From Antechinus flavipes (Eukaryota): a stretch of 64,000 nt of DNA. Under the pieces are notes generated by a model. That model was given only the letters and a program-made list of their open reading frames with translations, did not search any database and was not told the origin of the DNA. A program made the translations under genes and the position numbers. Position 1 is the stretch's first letter, and every line of letters starts with the position of its first letter. The stretch spans positions 372,558,001 through 372,622,000 of the forward strand of contig NC_067401.1 in NCBI RefSeq assembly GCF_016432865.1. The letters are read 5' to 3'. Below, in pieces: positions 37,734-50,800 of this stretch.

Positions 37734-39869
37734 GTGAGATGCTGCATCCAAGAAAGAGCGAAGCCAGGAAACAGTTTTTCTATCACTAATATGATGTTCC
37801 AAAGTGAACTTCATAAGGAATCCTCAAAGGGAAAAAAGGTATCCTTTTTAAGGTATTCCTCAGCCTATGTTCTCCTTATTGGTTTCTCTCTCACTGGAAC
37901 TACCATGTCAGGAAGACTTTCAGTCATGTTTTACATTGTTCATATATTGACTGACTATCTTGGCTTCTTCTCCCCTTTAGTAGCCAATCAGAAGAAACCT
38001 GTACCCTTAAGCCTCACTCTTCTGAATGATGATCCTAATTGGTTCCTTCATCAGGAACACCATTTTAGGAAGAGTCCTAGCCTTCCTTCACCTCAGTCAT
38101 ACCCTGACTCATTCTCCAAGCATCTTCTTCTCCCCCTTACTAGACACCTTTCCCTAAAGCCCCACTCTTCTTCTTTGATGAGTCTATTATGAAGACCACA
38201 ATTTCAGAAAGGATCTCAAATCTTCACCTCACTTATGTCTCAAATTATTCTCCTTACCATCAACTTTCTTCCCATTTAGAAGAAAGCACACTGAGGCTCA
38301 GTTTATCACTTCTTTTCTTTTCCTCCTTGCCTTCAATTGCACATGTATGGGTAAATGAAATTTAACTAAGTCAACTAATCAACCAACTATTTTACTTACC
38401 ACTGATGCCTTTATTAGATGATAACATCTTTGTTGTGTCAATCCATTGATCAGAGATGCAAATTGTATGAACAAGATCTGGGTACCTATGTAGAATCAAT
38501 CAACTGGAAAAACTATGGACTGGATTTAGAAAGTTCTTATCAGTTTATAAGTCCTTGAAAGTCATTGAATGAAATGGAATGATGTTGCACAAGAAGTATT
38601 TTTGGTTTGGTTGAGAAAACTTGGTCAGGGACTTGTTTAAAATCAGAAAGCTTTGTAATTAGAAATGTGAATATCAGGTAGCTTAGTTGTAGAATGTGTC
38701 CCACTTAAACGTTTGAGAGGAAAGTTCTTGATGCCTTGAAGTTGATCTTGTGAACATTGGAGTGTAAGAAAACTTAGACAATTTCTACTTTTTAAAAAAA
38801 AAGAATTTAAATTTATATTTGTTGTTTTTACATTATCTATATTTTCTCATGCTCCTCCCTTCCCACCTCCCTTACAGCCATCCCATATAATATGTAATTT
38901 TTATTATTCATTGAATAATTGAGTTCATATGTGATGATCATATGTGAAGGCATATTAATGGAAGAGCTCATAATTCCAGTCATAGTGTTCCTTAGAACCC
39001 TGAGGGAAAAAGTAAAAACTCAAATTTTGAGGAAATTTTTCTCTAGAAGATTAATGTGCTTTTTTGTCACTGCCCCATATTACTTCTATTTTTTCCCTCT
39101 GGGGCCAAGCATGGCAAGTTTTATCCCTTATCAATAGGATGATCCTTCCAATATTTGAAAATAGCTATAATTAAATTCATTTAAGCATTTGTAATATGCC
39201 AATTGTGTGCTAGGAACTATGTTTGCCACTAGAGATAAAAGACAAAAATTAAATAGTCTTTTCCTCAAAGAACTTACATTCTGCTGGAAATAAACAACAT
39301 GAATACATGTAAACAAATTCAAAACACATACAAAATAATTTTGGAAGGGAGAACACTAACAATTGGGGAATCAGGAAGGGCTTATATAGGAAGGGACATG
39401 AGCTGATCAGTATGGAGAAGTTAAGAGGAATACTTGGTTGGAAGAGATTACTCTTGGACCTGTTTATAATTAGTCACCTACTAGCAGGTGGTAATTAATT
39501 ATAAATGAATATCTAACATACTATAGAACTTTAGCAGTCCATGGTAAAAAATTCTAATAGAACAACCTACTCATTTTGCAGATGAACTAAAACTCACAGA
39601 AGTTAAAATGACTTTTAGAATCATGGAATATGACTTTAGTCATTAAAAAATGATTGTTCATAACCTTAGCTGATCCCTGAAGGCTGCTCAAAAATCCTAA
39701 TCAACTCTTTCAGACAATCTGTCTCACTATATGGCCAATTGTTTCAACTGTTCTTTTCTGTTCTTTTTCTCTAGCTTCAAATTCAAATTCTCATGCACTA
39801 TCCTTTAACCACTCCTTTCCAATTGGTAAATGACTAAGATTTGAGTAAGTGGATAGTCCCTCCAATTAC

Positions 39870-40100
39870 CCTTGTTCAGTCATTTCAGTAGTATCCAGCT
39901 CTTTGTAGCCTCATTTAGAGTTTTCTTGGCAAAAATACTGGAGTAATTTTCCCTTTCTTTCTGAAGTTCATTTTACAAATGAAGAAACTCAGGCAAACAC
40001 AATTAAGTGACTTAAGGGTCACATGGCTAGTAAGTGTCTGAGACCAGATCTGAACTCACAAGATGAGTTTTCTTTATTCTAGGTTGTTACTCTATGTGCT
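39870..40100 (-). mobile_element. Mar1-type CORE-SINE (further copies ~48900-49145 -, ~51828-52062 +, ~53408-53655 -, ~62325-62541 -)
   Basis: gttgttcagtcatttcag...ttttcttggcaaa.atactgga tail plus ttttaca.atga.gaaact.aggcaaac core. Confidence 0.8.
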
Positions 40101-42399
40101 TTCTTGACTCAATTCTCCTATCCCATCAAAACTTCTTAGCATTATTCTCTGCTATTTCCTTTCTTTTATCTTGTTTTAGGAGGTTATCCTTTTTAAAATT
40201 TATTCAACAACTGTATTAATTCCCATTGGCTCTCCTTGATCATTCTTAATTCTATTACCTCCTTCTACCTTTTCCAATCTTACTTTAGTCAAAATCAATT
40301 CATCAATTTATAAGCATTTTTTTGGGGGGGAACCATTTATAGAGTGCCAGGCACTATGCTCCATGCTGGGGGTGAGGGGGGAGATAAAAAAAAGCATAGA
40401 ACCCCGTAACTTCAAGGAACTTATACTCCAAAGCAGGGATAAAATAAACATAAAATGGTACATGAAAGATTAATGTTTTTTTTAATTAATTCATTTGTTT
40501 TTACCTCAACAAATGATGAGTTTATTTAAGATTCAATGCTTCATTTTGGATTTTTGCAAAGTTTATTGTTGGTGGGCTATTTAGTTTACAATAAAAATTG
40601 AATCTGTCATAATTGAAGGTGTTTTTGAAAAAAAAATTATGTACTATTCAGCACAAGTCTGCTATAGGACCTTTAGTAATGTAAATCAAATAGCTGTTCA
40701 GAGTTTAGTAAAATGATGTCCAGAGTAATCACCAAAGTTATGTCTGGTTTTGTAATTTATAATCATTATAAGCTTGAACAAATCATTTCACATCTATCTC
40801 CTGGCAGGACAGAGGTAGAGACAGCTTGCTTGGTTTTCCCATCTGTAAAGTGACAGGGTGGTAGGAGATAATTCTGAAGGATTCTTCCAGTTCTAGAATC
40901 CTATGCTTCTATAAATTAATAAAAGTTGGGCTGTTTCTCACTAGTGCCATGAAAAGCAGAGGGAATCCAACTGGAAGGCAGTGAACTTTTAAGGTTTTCA
41001 GGCTTAGTCATTGGTGCTGAGCCTAAGCAAGCATGAGTCCCAGAGTAGTTCCCTGAGGGGCCGGATAGGAAATGTCGTGGATGTGTGTTAATTTTCCCCC
41101 TCTTCACCCAGAAGAACAAATAGTTATATTCAGAGTAAGCAACAACAACAACAAAAAACCCAGCTACTCTCATATGAGCTGTCACTGAAATGAGTTGAAT
41201 GAAGGGTGTCCCCAGAACATACCCATCTGAGAAATGCCTAAAGTCAGAATATCCAACCCATGACATTAGGCAAGCTGCACAGAGATGAACTAACAGGATG
41301 TTGGACTCACCACTAACAGAAGGGAGCACTACAAAAGCACCAATTGGGGGATCTAGGAAAGAATAAAAAAGTACACACTAGTCATCAGCTGGGAATTACA
41401 TCTTTTCCCCTCTGGATAAATGACTCCAAAGGAGCTATCCCAGATTATTGAACCAGGAAGGTAGTGAAGTAGGGCATATAATTCATGTTGCAGGCCATTA
41501 GGATGAATCAAGTCTCCCTAGCTTTATGGAAACTTCATCTCTTGAGCACCATTTAAATAGTATGTGAAGCCCTAGTGCATGCAAACAATAATATCCCAAG
41601 CCAGAGCCAGCAAATAACCCTTTTTTCCAGCAATAAACTTCAAAAGCTCCAGAAATTAACGTGGAGTTAATTTTAGCAGAGACATAATAAATGAAGCTGC
41701 CTTGGTTGAAGGGAGAAGGGGACTATAAATGTTTCAACAGAAGTAGGACAGTAGCAAGAATTAAAGATGACAAGGGAACTGGCAACCTTAGGATAGCCTG
41801 CTGCAGTTTGTTTTTAGGGATATATGTATTTATGCATGCACTCCAAACTTAATAGAGATATATTTGTATTTCCTTCCTCTATACATATGTGGATGTTCTA
41901 CTATTAGAGTATGAACTCCTTGAAAGCAGGTTTGGTTTTGCTTTTCTATCTTTATCTATAGCAATTAACATATAGTAAGACTCCTTGTTTCCCTCTCTTT
42001 CTTTTTCCCTTNNNNNNNNNNNNNNNNNNNNNNNNNNNNNNNNNNNNNNNNNNNNNNNNNNNNNNNNNNNNNNNNNNNNNNNNNNNNNNNNNNNNNNNNN
42101 NNNNNNNNNNNNNNNNNNNNNNNNNNNNNNNNNNNNNNNNNNNNNNNNNNNTTTATCTTTTACCTACGATGGTAAGCACATTATTATTATTTTATTTAAT
42201 TCTCACAGTAACCCTGGGAGGTAAGTGTTATGATTATTCCTTTCACAGATAGGAAACTGAGGCAAACAAAGATTAAATAACTTGCCTAGGGTCACAAGCT
42301 AAAAAGTTTCTGAGATTAGATTTGAACGTAGGTCTTCCTGATTCTAGACTCAATGCTTTATGCAGTGTGTTACCTAGCAGCCCCTAAAATTTAAAAATG

Positions 42400-42566
42400 C
42401 CTCTAAAATATTAATATTTTAATTATTATAGTTCAACATTATTAGTTTTCTTTGTAATCTTATGTATTTTACTTTAAACATTTAAAACCATTATTTTGAG
42501 AAGGGATCCAAAGGCTTCACCAGAATACCAAAGGGTTCTATAACAAAAACATATAAGGACCCTGGC
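42400..42566. mobile_element. hAT-Charlie-type non-autonomous DNA transposon fragment (opposite-orientation copy ~48700-48895)
   Basis: catttaaaaccattattttgagaagggatcca closely resembles the reverse complement of tggacctcttctcagaataatgtttttaaatg; family assignment from memory. Confidence 0.55.
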
Positions 42567-44715
42567 TTTAAATAGTTTTTGTGTGAGAATGATAACCAGA
42601 TTATTAAAAAAAAAGTTATCTTAACAACATTTAGTGTTTGTCTTGCATGAACGAATCCTTCCAATATGTTCCTTTTTTTTTATGCTTATACAATTACTTT
42701 CAGTGAACCAAACTCTCTTCCTCTAAGGCCACTGACCTTAACAAAAACAGGTGTATTATAAAGTAATAAACAATCTTTACTTTCGTTTGTATTTGACTGT
42801 ATGAAGGCTAATGTGTATAACCACATAGAAGAAAAGCATCACAGCCTTAGCCACAAAGTGTGACTTTGGATTAAAATATAAGATGGAGTTTGGTTTTGCA
42901 ACTTGTTTTGATTTTTTTTTAAGGCCAAAATGTTTATTAGAGTAAGTGCAATCTAGGGCTGATAAATGGGAACACATCTGGTCAGTATCCCTGACACAAA
43001 CCTCACAATATTAATTATCTTGATGGTTAAAGCCGAGAAGTGAGGAGAACATTATTTATAGTGATCTTTGCTAAGTAAATCATTTTAAAAATGGCTTTCT
43101 AAATGTAACATTTCCCTTTTAAGAAGCCCTCTAGAATTAAAGGGGCTTTACAATGGAACATGAAACATATTGCACTGGGAGAGACAGAAGCTGCCTNNNN
43201 NNNNNNNNNNNNNNNNNNNNNNNNNNNNNNNNNNNNNNNNNNNNNNNNNNNNNNNNNNNNNNNNNNNNNNNNNNNNNNNNNNNNNNNNNNNNNNNNNNNN
43301 NNNNNNNNNNNNNNNNNNNNNNNNNNNNNNNNNNNNGAATGAGCAGCCCTATAAAGAAAACCTCATTTACTCTAATTCCTCCCCAACACAGGATCCTTTT
43401 CTCAGCTTCTACTGCACAACAGGAGACAATTAACCTTTTCAGTACCAAAAGTGATTCCCAGTACATTCCAACTGTGAGCTGTGATCACACATCAAGTCAT
43501 GATGGATTGGGTTTGTCTTCAAGTTGTATTTCCATGAAAGAGTTTTAGAGAAAGAAGTTTAGACTGATTAGACATATTGGAGCTGGAAAAAATATAAAGA
43601 GTTTGTCCTAATAATAACTATGGAAATTTATAGGATGTTTTGTATATATTATTTCATGTCATCCTCAGAAAAATTTAGGATGGCACAGTAGAAAAAAACA
43701 CTAGAATTTTATGACCTGAATTTTAATCCCAGATTTACCACTGGCTATCTTTGTGACCTCTCTGAGCCTTAATTTTCTCACCTGTCCCTACTGCCTACAA
43801 ATAAACATATGTCTTTTTCATCCTTAAAATAACCTCATTTAATCTGACTATCCATTCAAGGTATCATTTTATATCTTTCATCCCCATTCATGAGTAAACT
43901 TGAGAGGGTTGCCCACAGTTAGTATGAATATTTCCTTTCTTCTCAGTTGATTATGTTTTCACTTAATACATGTAAAGATAGTTTTCAAAAATCCATTTTT
44001 GAAAAAAATTTGAGTTCCAAATTTTTTCTACCTTCCTCCCCTCTCCCCAAGATGGCAAGCAATCTGATATAGTTATACATGTAAAATCATTTAAAACATA
44101 TTTCCATATTAGTCATATTGTGAAAGAAAAATCAAAACAAAAGGGAAAAATTACAAGAAAGAAAAAAAAAACAAAAGTGAAAATAAGTGAGACATGCTGT
44201 TTCTATAGTTCTTTCTCTGTATGTGGATGTCATTTTCCATCACAAGTCTATTAGAATTGTCTTGGATAACTGTTGCTGAGAAAAACTTATTTTATCAGTT
44301 GATCATTACACAATGTTATTATTATTATATACAATTCTGTTCACTTCACTTTTGGTTATTTTTCCTCTCCTTTTTCCTTTCCTCTCCTCTCCTTTTTCCT
44401 NNNNNNNNNNNNNNNNNNNNNNNNNNNNNNNNNNNNNNNNNNNNNNNNNNNNNNNNNNNNNNNNNNNNNNNNNNNNNNNNNNNNNNNNNNNNNNNNNNNN
44501 NNNNNNNNNNNNNNNNNNNNNNNNNNNNNNNNNNNNNNNNNNNNNNNNNNNNNNNNNNNNNNNNNNNNNNNNNNNNNNNNNNNNNNNNNNNNNNNNNNNN
44601 NNNNNNNNNNNNNNNNNNNNNNNNNNNNNNNNNNNNNNNNNNNNNNNNNNNNNNNNNNNNNNNNNNNNNNNNNNNNNNNNNNNNNNNNNNNNNNNNNNNN
44701 NNNNNNNNNNNNNNN

Positions 44716-44779
44716 CCGAATTTGAACTCAGGTCATCCTGATTTCAGGGCCGGTATCCACTGTACCATCTAGCTACCCC
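44716..44779 (-). mobile_element. WSINE1-like 5' part, cut by a gap
   Basis: gaatttgaactcaggtcatcctga...ccactgtaccatctagctacccc is the reverse complement of the SINE head. Confidence 0.7.
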
Positions 44780-47017
44780 ATTTTTAGGTATATTTCAATC
44801 CTATGTAATCTTGTCTTCTGACTTCGTTGTTCAACGTAAACTGCTCTATCCAAAAGTACCAATGATTTTTTAATTACCAAATGTAATAGTCTTTTTTTCC
44901 CCAATCCTTTGACCTCCTTTGATGCTTTTAACACTGTCAATTACTTTTTTCCCCTGGATTTTCTCTGTCTGTCTCCCTCTGTCTTTCTCTCTCTCTCCCT
45001 CTCTCTCTTTTACACACTCTCACACACATATTTTGTGATACCATTCTCTTCTGGTTCTCTCTCTATTTGATCATTTCTTTTTTAATCTCCTTTGCTTTAT
45101 CTTCATTAAGATCATGCATGCTATGTGTGTCTCTATGGCTCTGTTCAAAGTTCTCTTGCTTTTCTAAACCAATGTTCCTCACCCTTTAGTTCCCTTTCAG
45201 CAACAACAAAATATGTGACATGGACTCCCCAAGATTATTTAAAATACTACTAATAATATAAAATTTTAGTATATTCATTAAGGCCTTGCAACTACAGTGA
45301 CAAAAGTTCCAAATAGCCCCAGAGACACATCTACAATGCTTCAAATAGTTATATGTTTGTAATTACATAGAATATGTACCTATGTGTAACATAGTTATGT
45401 AATTATTTATTGCTTAAGTTTCCATTAAAGAATTTTTAGCTCAAACAACTTAGACTATTGTCTTGCATTCCAAGGAGATTTAAAAATTTTTAAATGGGAG
45501 CCAATGCTCTATGTTATCTGACTTTGTAATTTCATCAGTTGGCATGCATTTAATCATTTCTATGAAGATGATTCCCATATCTATGCCTCTAGTTCTGCCC
45601 TTTCTCCAATCTTGTATTACTAGCCTCCTCTTGAGCATCTCAATCTGGAAGTTCTATAGACCTCTCATACTCAATAAGTCAAAACCAAAAAATTCATTTT
45701 TTTAACCCCCAAGGTCTCTTATCTTCCTAAGGACCTTGCTATTGTTGAAGGTACCTTCAGCATTATAGTTATGCAGGTGTCCAAATTCCATGCCTAACCC
45801 CATCCCTCCCATTCATTCTCCATATCTAATCATTTGCCAGTTCTTATTGCCTCAATATTTCTCATGCATGTCCTTTCCCTTCTATATATTTGTGTAATGC
45901 CCACCCTAATATGGATTTTGATCAACTAGCAGACTATTATAGAAACCTTCTGGTTGGTCTCTTTGCTTCTAATTTCTTTTCATTATGATGTATCTTCCAT
46001 TTAACTGCCAAAATAATCTTCCTAAAAGTTCAGGTCTGACCATGTCATTCCTCTACCCAATAAACTCCACTGACTCTAAGTTCAAATTAAAATTCTCTTT
46101 TTAAAGATAAAGAATATTTTAATATTCTTATATTTTACTATTAATTCATTACTTATTTTATTTTTTATTTATAGTCATATTTTTATAATTTACTTCCCCC
46201 CACAAAATCTTCAATCCAATAACAATGGCCTCCCTGCTGTTACTCTACCATGATAATCCATTTTCCAACTCCAGCTCTTTTTACTTTTCCATCCCTATGC
46301 CTAGAATGTCCTTCCTGCTTACTTCTGACTCCTGGCTTCCCTGACTTCCTTGAAACTTCAACTCACATTGTACCTTCTATAAGAGACCATTAACACCTCC
46401 TATCTCCCCTGCTTTCTCCTGAAGCTACTGTCCAATTTACACTACATATATGTTTGTGCGTAGTTGTTTGCATATTGTCTTCTTCATTGAATTTTGAGCT
46501 TTTTGAGGACATGACCTTTTTTATCTTTATATTACAGCGAACACTTAATAAATGCTTGTTGACTGACTGAATAAATGAAAGAGAAAATATATATGACCTC
46601 TGAGGTCTTTTCTAACTCCATGAAGCCTGGAGATGGGTATTATTATTATCCTCATTTTATAGAAAAGAAAAATGAGAGAAAAGAACGTCTAAAAGGGTGT
46701 TAGCATAAAAGTGACCTTCTCTCCTTTCACAATACTAATTGGAAAGTGATAGTGTACCCAATGTGCATGGGCTTGTGACACCTGTACAACAAACAGTTTT
46801 GTTCTTAAATGGCAAATAGCTGGTTTAAAACAGAGGAGGGTCCAGTTGTTAGAGGACTAAGTCAAATAAAAGGAATCACAGTTTTTGGAGGGAATGAGTC
46901 CCTCCTCTCTCATTCCTATAACCTCCCCTCCCCCCATCTTCAGGGTTGTTCCCATGCTGACTAACTCACCCGTGTTATCCAATATGTTAAATCCTAATTC
47001 TTGAATTATATTCCCTG

Positions 47018-47019
<2 letters not shown>

Positions 47020-47102
<83 letters not shown>

Positions 47103-47105
47103 TAT
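47020..47105. repeat. (TA)n microsatellite, imperfect
   Basis: Seen directly. Confidence 0.97.
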
Positions 47106-47862
47106 TCATAGAACTTCAGAGTTGGAAAAGAGCTTAGTGATTAAATGAACTTAATTAACTATTATCTAATCTGACCCCCTTAAAGTTTTTTTTTAAGAGA
47201 TGTAAATTGAGACCCTAAAAGGTAAAGTTTTGTTCAACCAAATTTACACAAATAGTAGCTGAGACCAGACTAGAACTCAGGTTACCTAGTGATTCAATTC
47301 TCTTTCCACTTTGCTTTATTACAATCTTATTTTACCAATTTTATCCAATCCAAGAGGATAAGGAAATTCCACCTCCTCACTCCCATATTTGCAATGTAGA
47401 TAAAAAAGAAAAAAATGACAATTTTTCTGGTTTGTTTTTACTAATACTGAAAAGCCCCAAACTGACTGTATATCTAGGGAATTAAATGACCTTCTCCCTG
47501 TCCTAACAGCTGTGCTTTAGCTGGTGGGGAATACCCTGACTAGGTCAAAATTGAAGCTTGGCAGGCTGGAATGCATCAATTCAAATGGGTCACACGTCTG
47601 CCTTCTCATTTGAAAATGCCAACACCATGCCAAAGACGTGAAGAACTGCTTGATGATGGTGAAAAAAAATCATCATCTCATTTTGTGCTTATATAGAGAT
47701 TTTCAGGGAAAAGCAAGATCTGTTTGGACATGATGAGTCCCTTGTGGGATGGAGGGAGGGGAGGAGAGTATGGTACTTGGAGGGGGTGGGAACAAAAAGC
47801 TGGAACTGTTGTTTCTGTGACAGTAATGAAAGCAGGGAAAGGAGACTATCTCCTGGATCACT

Positions 47863-47881
47863 TTGCCCCCAGATGGCAAAG
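47863..47881 (+). promoter_or_regulatory. Possible CTCF motif TTGCCCCCAGATGGCAAAG
   Basis: Matches the core CCnCYAGRKGGCR, in non-repetitive sequence. Confidence 0.3.
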
Positions 47882-50800
47882 TGTCCCTGGACTTGGCCTC
47901 TTCATCTAGGGATTCCAGATGGGGATTTATATTCCCCAAGAATTGTTCCTCACTTAGAGAAGATAAGGAATGTACCTTGTGATTTTACATTTGGGACAGC
48001 TGAAGACAGACAGGATGAAATACATGTAAAGGAGATCACAGAAACATAGAAGCCCAGAATAGGACATGTCTCAGAGGTCAGTGTAGTATATGTAGAAGGA
48101 AAAGGGCTTGACTGTCCAGGAAAGATTGGAATTCTATTGGTAGCTCTGATTGTGGCTAGCTGTGTGATCATGTCTGTTTCTTCAGTAAGATGGGGGAAAT
48201 GATATATGTGGGATCTTGCACATTTTCCATGAGGAAAGCAATTTGTAAAACTAAAAGTGTTATATAAATTCGTTTTTATTATTGTGATTGTTGTTCCTGT
48301 TTTATCTATTCCAACTTAATTTTGAAATGGAACCAGTAAATTGGAAGATAAATCTTAAATCTCAAATTTTAAATTAATTAATAAGTAGATAGTTGCAGAG
48401 GCAATTAGGACCTTAGAGATCATATACTAGTCTAATCTTATGGAATTAGAACAAATATCCAAATTCCCACTCTGGCACCATTTAACTTTACCAAGTAGTG
48501 TTGCCGAAGAAGGTGAAGAAAACCTAAAAGCAATGGCGATTTGGGAGAATTCTTAGAGAATGAGATACAGTGGCTAAATGGATGAATGCTGACCTCTGAG
48601 TCAGAGAATCCTGCATTCAGGTGCACCTTCTGACACCTACTGGGTGGCGTGACTCCTGAGCAAATCACACAAAACTCTCAATGTTTTGGGCAACTCTTTA
48701 AAATAGGTATATTATGTTATAGAAACCTATGGACCTCTTCTCAGAATAATGTTTTTAAATGCATAAAATAAAACATATAAGAGTATAGTGAAAATTAAAG
48801 GTTAATGAAAATGAAGATGCAATTTTTTTCTAATCCAAAAATTTCTTCTCATTCATGTTCACATATGCCTGAAATATCTAGGAACTCTGAGTTAAGATGT
48901 ATTGTTGTTCAGTCATTTTCAGTCATGTTCAATTCTTTGTAATCCCATTTGGAGTTTTCTTGGTGGAGATACTGGTGTGGTTTTTCTATTTCCTTTTCCA
49001 ACTCATTTTACAGATGAGAAAATTGAGGCAAATAGGATTAAATGATTTGCTTAGGATAATATAGCTAGTAGGTATCTAAGTATGGATTTGAACTCAGGAA
49101 GAGAAGTTTGTTTTAACTGCAGGCTATCCACTGTGCCACTCATTTGCTCCTAAGTTGAAAACTGTTGACTTAATACTATACATTTCAAGTGAGATACTGC
49201 TCCGAACTGGTAGAAGGATTTCCTTCATTTGGGACCTCCCTATACCAAAGGTCCAGTCCTTATCCTTTAGAGAAAATGGCTAAAAGACATTGTGCAGTTT
49301 CTCCTTATCCATGGATGTGTTTGACTTTTGAGAAAATATTTTATTGTCCATTGGGAGAAGAAAGAAGGAAGAAGGGGAAGAGTGTAGAAGACAGGAACAG
49401 AGACCTTGTTTATTTACTACATTCTTTCCCTAATGACTTTTTTCATTTTTGTCTGGAAATAAATGTGTGGCAGGACTTTTGATAGGAGATGTCAGATGTT
49501 TTATAGTGTGGTATAGACAAGCAGTGTAAGATAATACAAATAAACTGATCCTGAAGTCAGAATTTCTGGCTTTGAGTTTCAGATTTGATTCTTATTAGTT
49601 ATATTGATCCTAAGTGAGGTCCTTTAAATTCTCTAACCCTCATTTTATTTATTTGTAAAATAATGGTGGCAGTATTTGTGTATTGAATATTATGATGTTT
49701 GCTTCTTTCCCTTCTCTAAAAATGGAATGGGTTCCATTCTCAAGTCGAAGATTCCACTGGAGCCAACTTGAACTTGCTAAAAAGAAACAAAAATTAAAGA
49801 AATTAACAAAAGCTACACATCAGGGTTTGATGTATTGTTTTATTGATTGTCTAGACTTAATAAAATGATAGGTAAAATGTTAATAATGCAGATTAAATTT
49901 TAAAATGGGGCAGTTAGGTGATACTGTGAATGGAGCATTGACCTTGGAGTCAGAAGGCCTAATTTCAAATGTGACCTCAAACACCTACTAATTATGTCAC
50001 CCTAGACAAGTCACTTAACCTTGATTACTTCACAAAAACAAAAAGTACATTATGCTCACATATTTTTTTATCTTGATGATCTTGATGATAAACATTCACC
50101 AGCATGATCGTTACAAAGTTCACTGTAGGTATCAGAGCCTGGTTGACTCCTGTTCCGGACTGGATAGGTTCCTTCTATAAGACAGAGAATTGGATTGGGT
50201 GACATATAATATTCTTTCCAGATCTAGAATTGCATATATAAAAACATATGTAAATTCTATATATACATAATTATATATGTAGAATTATTTTAGGTCCATG
50301 GTAAAGAAGTAAGGGAGAACTTCATGGGGTTAATTATTGGTCATTCATCATTTTTTATTTCATACACTATGCTGAAAATGTACAATTCATTTACCTGATT
50401 TCCATCCTCATTTCCAGAACATTTCACTGTCCAATGACTTCTGGTGATGAGAGAGTAGTGAGTGTACAACTTAATAGCAAAACGTTAACTTATAAAGAAA
50501 AAAATTAAAATGTAGCCAACTTCTCCTACTCTTTTTAAGGAAGGATCCTTTAAGGTCTACCCTATATTTCTTCTTTGTCTCATTGAAAAAAAGAATTGAA
50601 TAAGAGCTTCTTATGACTCACCTTGACCCCATTTCCACTTCAGCATACATATATNNNNNNNNNNNNNNNNNNNNNNNNNNNNNNNNNNNNNNNNNNNNNN
50701 NNNNNNNNNNNNNNNNNNNNNNNNNNNNNNNNNNNNNNNNNNNNNNNNNNNNNNNNNNNNNNNNNNNNNNNNNNNNNNNNNNNNNNNNNNNCCCATCCTT

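Noticed and set aside
38390-38480. Minus-strand donor GTG|GTAAGT near 38400
   Set aside because: It lies in degenerate LINE-like sequence with no matching acceptor or open frame.
40916-41329. 137-aa minus-strand ORF
   Set aside because: No domain, codon bias or consistent splice context; it includes a simple repeat.
12148-50640. A stitched minus-strand gene model (50622, 47014, 34793, 32013, 15803, 12181 candidates)
   Set aside because: The phases can be joined in several incompatible ways and no product is recognisable, so stitching would be overfitting.
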